Of a DNA stretch of 64,000 nucleotides, positions 59,690-64,000 are shown piece by piece. The stretch covers positions 704,001 through 768,000 of the forward strand of contig CAWEJX010000020.1 in assembly GCA_963809485.1 (NCBI GenBank), written 5' to 3'. This stretch comes from an uncultured Acidobacteriota bacterium (GTDB lineage Bacteria; Acidobacteriota; UBA6911). Both the position numbers and the translations under genes were made by a program. Under the pieces are notes generated by a model. The model saw only the letters and a list, made by a program, of their open reading frames with translations. It had not been told where the DNA came from and did no database searches. The first letter of the stretch is position 1; the number at the start of each line of letters is the position of its first letter.

Positions 59690-60092
59690 AGTCAGGCACC
59701 TCCGGCAAAGCCGGAGGCTTGAAAGATTGGAACCGCTCAAAGCGGTTGGACTAGTTACGCTGGTCTTGAACGCTGACTTACGCGGGCAAAAGCCGATGAG
59801 GCGCTTCCGATCCCCACAGGGGCCAGCGCTCCGCGCTGGACAGATTTCTGCGGCGGCACTGTGGCAAACGCCCTGTTTCTCATAACCCCCATCTCGTTGC
59901 CGCACGGCGCCTGCCACAGTGCCGCCGCAGAAAACTCCATCGGAAGCGCCTCATCGGCTTTTGCTCGCCGACCCTCGCCGAACAAATCGGCGTCTGTCAG
60001 CGCTTTTGCCAGCGTATCTCAGCGTTTCAAAATACGGAGCTGTCAAACTCTATGAGTCCCCCGGCAGAGCCGTGGGTTTACCAATGGAATTA
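59690..60092 (-). mobile_element. Non-autonomous IS200-like element, full copy B (central 43 bp inverted relative to copy A)
   Basis: 403 bp, colinear with 3527-3929 at a constant offset of 56163. Confidence 0.75.
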
Positions 60093-60215
60093 TAGGAATT
60101 TTCAAATTTCCAAAGCCGGTGGCGCATAGCGGCGAGCAAATAGTATAATCCAATAACAGTTGTCAGCTTTCGTGTCCGGAAATCATCCATCGCCTTTCAG
60201 CCGGGGGATCAATCT

Positions 60216-62345
60216 ATGGCTAACGGTGAAAGAGTGGTTCGCACATCCTGCCGCGGATGCCACGGCATCTGCCAGGTTTTGGTTCACCTGGACCCGCAAG
60301 GGCGCGTCACGGAGATAAAAGGAGATCCCGAAAGCCCGACCAGCCGCGGATACATCTGCTGCAAAGGACGGTATGCTCCTGAGCTGCTCTATCATCCGGA
60401 CCGTCTCCTACGGCCCCTGCGCCGCAGGGGACCGCGCGGATCAGGCCAATGGGAAGCCATCGGCTGGGAAGAGGCTCTCTCGCACATGGCCGGGGTTTTG
60501 GATCGCATAAGACGGGAATCGGGGCCGGAATATATCGCGCTCTGCCAGGGCACAGGGCGTCCCTACACGGAATTCACAAGCCGCTTCATTCACGCGTTGG
60601 GATCTCCCAATTTCGTTTCTCCCGGTCACAACTGTTTTCTCCCGCGCACTATCGCTTCAGGCATCACCGTCGGCTGGCTGCCCCATCCGGACATTTATGG
60701 ATCCGGCGGGCAGATGCCTGCCTGCATCCTGCAGATCGGCCAGAACTCACCGGCGTTCGGCTCCGCCGACGGTATCTGCGGCGGCATGATCCGCCGCGCG
60801 ATGCATTCGGCCCGGGAGGTGATCGTGGTCGATCCGCGGCGCACCCCGACTGCCCGCACAGCGACTCACCACCTGCAGATACGCCCGGGCACCGACTGCT
60901 CCCTGATTCTTGCGATGCTGCATGTGATTCTCGGCGAGGGGCTATACGACCGCGATTTCGTGGAGCGCCACTGCACCGGATTCAGGGAACTGCAGGAGCA
61001 TGTTGCCGGCTTTGCTCCCGAATGGGCTGAGCCGATCGCCCAAATTCCGGCAGAGCAGATACGCGCTGCAGCCCGCGTATTCGCAGGCACCAGGCCCGCC
61101 TGTGTGCTGTGGGGCAATGGTCTCGACATGAGCATCAACGCCTTCCAGGTTGCGCGCTCGATACTGCTCCTCATCGCCGTCACCGGCAATCTCGACGTGC
61201 CCGGCGGCATGGTGCGTTGGGTGCCGCCCGCCGGCATCCGGCCCAAGTCTCCGCTGGTCGATCCGTCCATTCGAGGGGACCAGTTCCTCACCGGCGAGCA
61301 AAAAGCCCGGATGATCGGGGCCGGACGATTCCCTTTTACCCCGGGTTGCCACCAGCCTACCTTCTGGCAGGCGTGCGTCACGGGAAAACCTTATCGGCCG
61401 CAAGCGGTCTGGCTTGTCGGCACCAATCCCATGCTTACAGGCACGCGCGGCGATCTCATCGAAGAAGCGCTGTTGCGTCACATCGAATTCTCCGTCGTAT
61501 CCGATTTTTTTATGACACCGGAGGCCGAGCTGGCCGATCTTGTACTGCCGGCCGCCCACTGGCTGGAGCAGGAGGATGTGGTGTACCTGCATAAAATTTG
61601 GTGCGTGATGGCGCGGCGCAAGCTGGCCCAGCAGGGCGAAGTTCGCGACGACCGCGATGTCATCCTGGACCTGGCCCACCGGCTTGGACTCGAGAAAGCC
61701 TTTCCCTGGCCCAACCGGCGCGCCTACCTCAACTGGCTGCTGGAACCATCGGGCATTACGTTCGAGGATTTTGCCGCTCTGGGTTTTGTTCGGGGAGAGA
61801 TGCGCTATCGCAAACACGAAAAGAAGGGATTTCCCACGCCAAGCGGACGCGTGGAACTGCTCAGCTCGATTATGACCAGAGCAGGAAGGCCTCCTCTTCC
61901 TGTGTTTGTGGAACCGCCGCTTTCGCCCCAGGAAAGGCCCGACCTTGCAGGAGAGTATCCCCTGACACTGATATCCGGGTGCAAGATTCTTCCCTTCTTC
62001 CACTCCGAGGGAAGACATCTTCCTTCGCTGCGGCGCATGCATCCGAGCCCGCTTGTGGATGTCCACCCCGACACGGCAAAGCGCCTGTCTCTAATAGCGG
62101 GAAAGGAAGCCTGGGTGACTACGCCTCATGGCCGTGCGCAATTCATCGTTCACCTGGATAGCTCCCTGCAACCTTCGGTCGTTCATGCGGAACACGCATG
62201 GTGGTTTCCCGAAGAACCGGGACCGGATCATGGGTGGCGCAGAAGCAACGCCAACCTGCTTTTCGGCCACGATATTTTCGACCCGGACTCAGGCGCGGAG
62301 CTTCTGAAATCCGGCATCTGCCGCCTCGAGCCCGGGACGGCTTGA
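60216..62345 (+). CDS. Cytoplasmic bis-MGD Mo/W oxidoreductase, acetylene-hydratase-like subfamily
   Basis: CRGCHGIC...C [4Fe-4S] motif, HPDRL..PL, VVDPR, IRPGTD, ADLVLPAA, TPSGRVEL; no Tat signal. Confidence 0.85.
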   Translation: MANGERVVRTSCRGCHGICQVLVHLDPQGRVTEIKGDPESPTSRGYICCKGRYAPELLYHPDRLLRPLRRRGPRGSGQWEAIGWEEALSHMAGVLDRIRRESGPEYIALCQGTGRPYTEFTSRFIHALGSPNFVSPGHNCFLPRTIASGITVGWLPHPDIYGSGGQMPACILQIGQNSPAFGSADGICGGMIRRAMHSAREVIVVDPRRTPTARTATHHLQIRPGTDCSLILAMLHVILGEGLYDRDFVERHCTGFRELQEHVAGFAPEWAEPIAQIPAEQIRAAARVFAGTRPACVLWGNGLDMSINAFQVARSILLLIAVTGNLDVPGGMVRWVPPAGIRPKSPLVDPSIRGDQFLTGEQKARMIGAGRFPFTPGCHQPTFWQACVTGKPYRPQAVWLVGTNPMLTGTRGDLIEEALLRHIEFSVVSDFFMTPEAELADLVLPAAHWLEQEDVVYLHKIWCVMARRKLAQQGEVRDDRDVILDLAHRLGLEKAFPWPNRRAYLNWLLEPSGITFEDFAALGFVRGEMRYRKHEKKGFPTPSGRVELLSSIMTRAGRPPLPVFVEPPLSPQERPDLAGEYPLTLISGCKILPFFHSEGRHLPSLRRMHPSPLVDVHPDTAKRLSLIAGKEAWVTTPHGRAQFIVHLDSSLQPSVVHAEHAWWFPEEPGPDHGWRRSNANLLFGHDIFDPDSGAELLKSGICRLEPGTA

Positions 62346-62370
62346 TTAAATGCGCTTCCGGTGCCTCGCA

Positions 62371-62502
62371 CCCTCGGGGGCGTCTCATCGGCTCTTGCAC
62401 GCTGACCGTAACCTTTGGTGTCCGTTTCCGTCGGCGCTTTTATCGGCGCATATCAGCGCACTGAAACCCGGCAAACTCCCGGCTTGGCCGGGAGTTTGCC
62501 GG
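62371..62502. repeat. Degenerate element copy ending in a perfect 16-bp hairpin (possible bidirectional terminator)
   Basis: gcgtctcatcggctcttgcacgctgacc matches the cargo arm; ccggcaaactcccggc-ttg-gccgggagtttgccgg at 62468-62502 lies between convergent genes. Confidence 0.6.
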
Positions 62503-62510
62503 TGAATGGA

Positions 62511-64000
62511 TCAGCCGAGCCTGCCCTTGCTTTGCAGGGCATCCGCGACCTTCCTCAGATTCATTTTTTCAAGAGTCGCCCGCGTCGGATATCCGTTTTG
62601 GGGATTAAGGCCCTCGAACTTGTAGAACCGTGTTTTAAAGTCTTCGACTTTTGCCCGGTCCAGCTTTCGGCCCTTGCCCGTATCGTACTTCCATTTGCCG
62701 TCTGTATACATGGGCATATCGTGACCCATGCTCGGTCTCTCATAAAGGTGATCAGGGAATACTTCCATATCGCGATGCCTGCCTTGCAGCACCCATATCG
62801 ACCGGTCGAGCGTATATATCTTGTGGCCGATCTCCATATAGTCCGCAAAGGTCAGGTTCTTTCCCGTAACGGCATTCCAGAATTTGGGCTCGGCCTTGGG
62901 GGTGGGGCCTCTCCTGTCAGCCGTATTGTTGGTGATGCACATGGGCCAACGCCATCCGCAGAAGCCTCCCGCCCCTATCCAGAATTTTTCATAGTGTTTG
63001 ATCCAGGCAACCTGCTTGACCTTGGAGTCCGAATAAATCCCGGTCGGCCCGTCGCTGTGATCCACCATGAATACATCCCCCTGATAGGGTTCCATGGCAT
63101 CCGTATAAAGCTTGGCAGCCTCTTCGGCCGTCAGGTAAGGATCGCCGGACCATGCCATCCAATGCAAAGGATAATTGGCCATCATGTGCAACATCAAATC
63201 GCGTTCTCCCAGCAGAGAGCCGAAGCCCCATTCCGCTTCGATCGCCGGGTCATAGTGATTGGCCGTTCCCCAATAGACCAAGCCCAGCAGACCGCTGTTG
63301 ACATCCTGCTTGTAGCGCCCGATTTTTTCCGCAAACCTGGCGCAGCCCTCTGCCAGGTCGTTGCCGATCCCCTGCCGCTGGGCAATCTGTCTCATAAGGG
63401 CTTCGGCGTAGGTGAACGTCCCTTCCTGATCCAGCGGCAGATTGGTATCGAGCTGTCGGCCTTTCCCCAGAACTCCCTCTTTGTAGAGAGCCTGGACATA
63501 GCTCATGAGAGGCATCAGTTGCCAGTGACCCAGGCCGAATTTCTGCATCAGGTCATTGCCCTGACGCGTGAACTTCAGGGATCCATTCACGTTGATTACC
63601 AGCGTGCCCGCACAGACCGATTCATTGCTGTCTCCGGTAGCCAAACGCATTCGGCATCCTCTGGGACAGGAAGCGCAGGCAGCCGCGCGCGCCGGCGTGA
63701 GCGGGATGTCGCGATTGAGCACATTGCCCCCACTGGGACGGCCGCTGATCAGACTATAAGGCCCTCCGACGCCGAACCTTTCTGCCTCCCGGGGATTGTC
63801 CACGTCCCACTGGAACTGGCGGAACCAGAGCCGGGCATCCATGAACGCTTTTGGATCGGCAATTGGCACGCTTTTGGAGCCGATGGCGCTGATGGCCTTC
63901 AACTTCTTGGACCCGAAGACGCCTCCAAAACCGCAAAGCGCAGCCTGGGATCCGGGCCCGTGGAGGAGGCAGCCCAGGCGGCTTTTGTTTTCCCCCGCCG
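62511..64000 (-). CDS. Aldehyde:ferredoxin oxidoreductase family protein (5'-truncated by the window edge)
   Basis: AGEN...GFGGVFGSKKLKAI, CASCPRGC, IAQRQGIGNDLAEG, G.PTRATLE; frame is open to the edge. Confidence 0.85.
   Translation of the reverse strand, partial: AGENKSRLGCLLHGPGSQAALCGFGGVFGSKKLKAISAIGSKSVPIADPKAFMDARLWFRQFQWDVDNPREAERFGVGGPYSLISGRPSGGNVLNRDIPLTPARAAACASCPRGCRMRLATGDSNESVCAGTLVINVNGSLKFTRQGNDLMQKFGLGHWQLMPLMSYVQALYKEGVLGKGRQLDTNLPLDQEGTFTYAEALMRQIAQRQGIGNDLAEGCARFAEKIGRYKQDVNSGLLGLVYWGTANHYDPAIEAEWGFGSLLGERDLMLHMMANYPLHWMAWSGDPYLTAEEAAKLYTDAMEPYQGDVFMVDHSDGPTGIYSDSKVKQVAWIKHYEKFWIGAGGFCGWRWPMCITNNTADRRGPTPKAEPKFWNAVTGKNLTFADYMEIGHKIYTLDRSIWVLQGRHRDMEVFPDHLYERPSMGHDMPMYTDGKWKYDTGKGRKLDRAKVEDFKTRFYKFEGLNPQNGYPTRATLEKMNLRKVADALQSKGRLG

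Noticed and set aside
1-64000. CRISPR array, prophage, integron or defence island
   Set aside because: No regularly spaced repeats with unique spacers, and no cas, integrase, phage or transposase genes were recognised.

Overview
A GC-rich bacterial chromosomal window, probably from an anaerobic or facultative Acidobacteriota-like organism (inferred from protein families, not verified). It is mostly housekeeping: hypABFCDE, rpsP-khpA-rimM-trmD-rplS, ffh, selB, tatA, divergent pyrR-B-C and pyrK-D-F, NAD genes (nadE, pncB, nadA-nadC), mscL, an ABC-F ATPase, queC and two Mo/W enzymes. I found no tRNA, rRNA, CRISPR array or transposase. The best signals are: (1) a non-coding family with IS200-like ends (two 403-bp copies plus four partial or derived copies, all in the same orientation), whose 43-bp core is flipped between the two full copies inside a 26-bp inverted repeat; (2) a PlsA/PlsR(Ger)-like gene pair, a candidate for anaerobic ether-lipid synthesis; (3) an alphaproteobacterial-type nadA with two NadQ-like operators but no nadQ or nadB; (4) an M28-fold membrane protein with substituted catalytic residues; (5) facing 7/8-mer repeat cassettes in intergenic spaces. 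A cluster of single-base frameshifts at about 14.9-17.7 kb is most likely assembly error. All assignments come from motif recognition by eye; no database searches were run.
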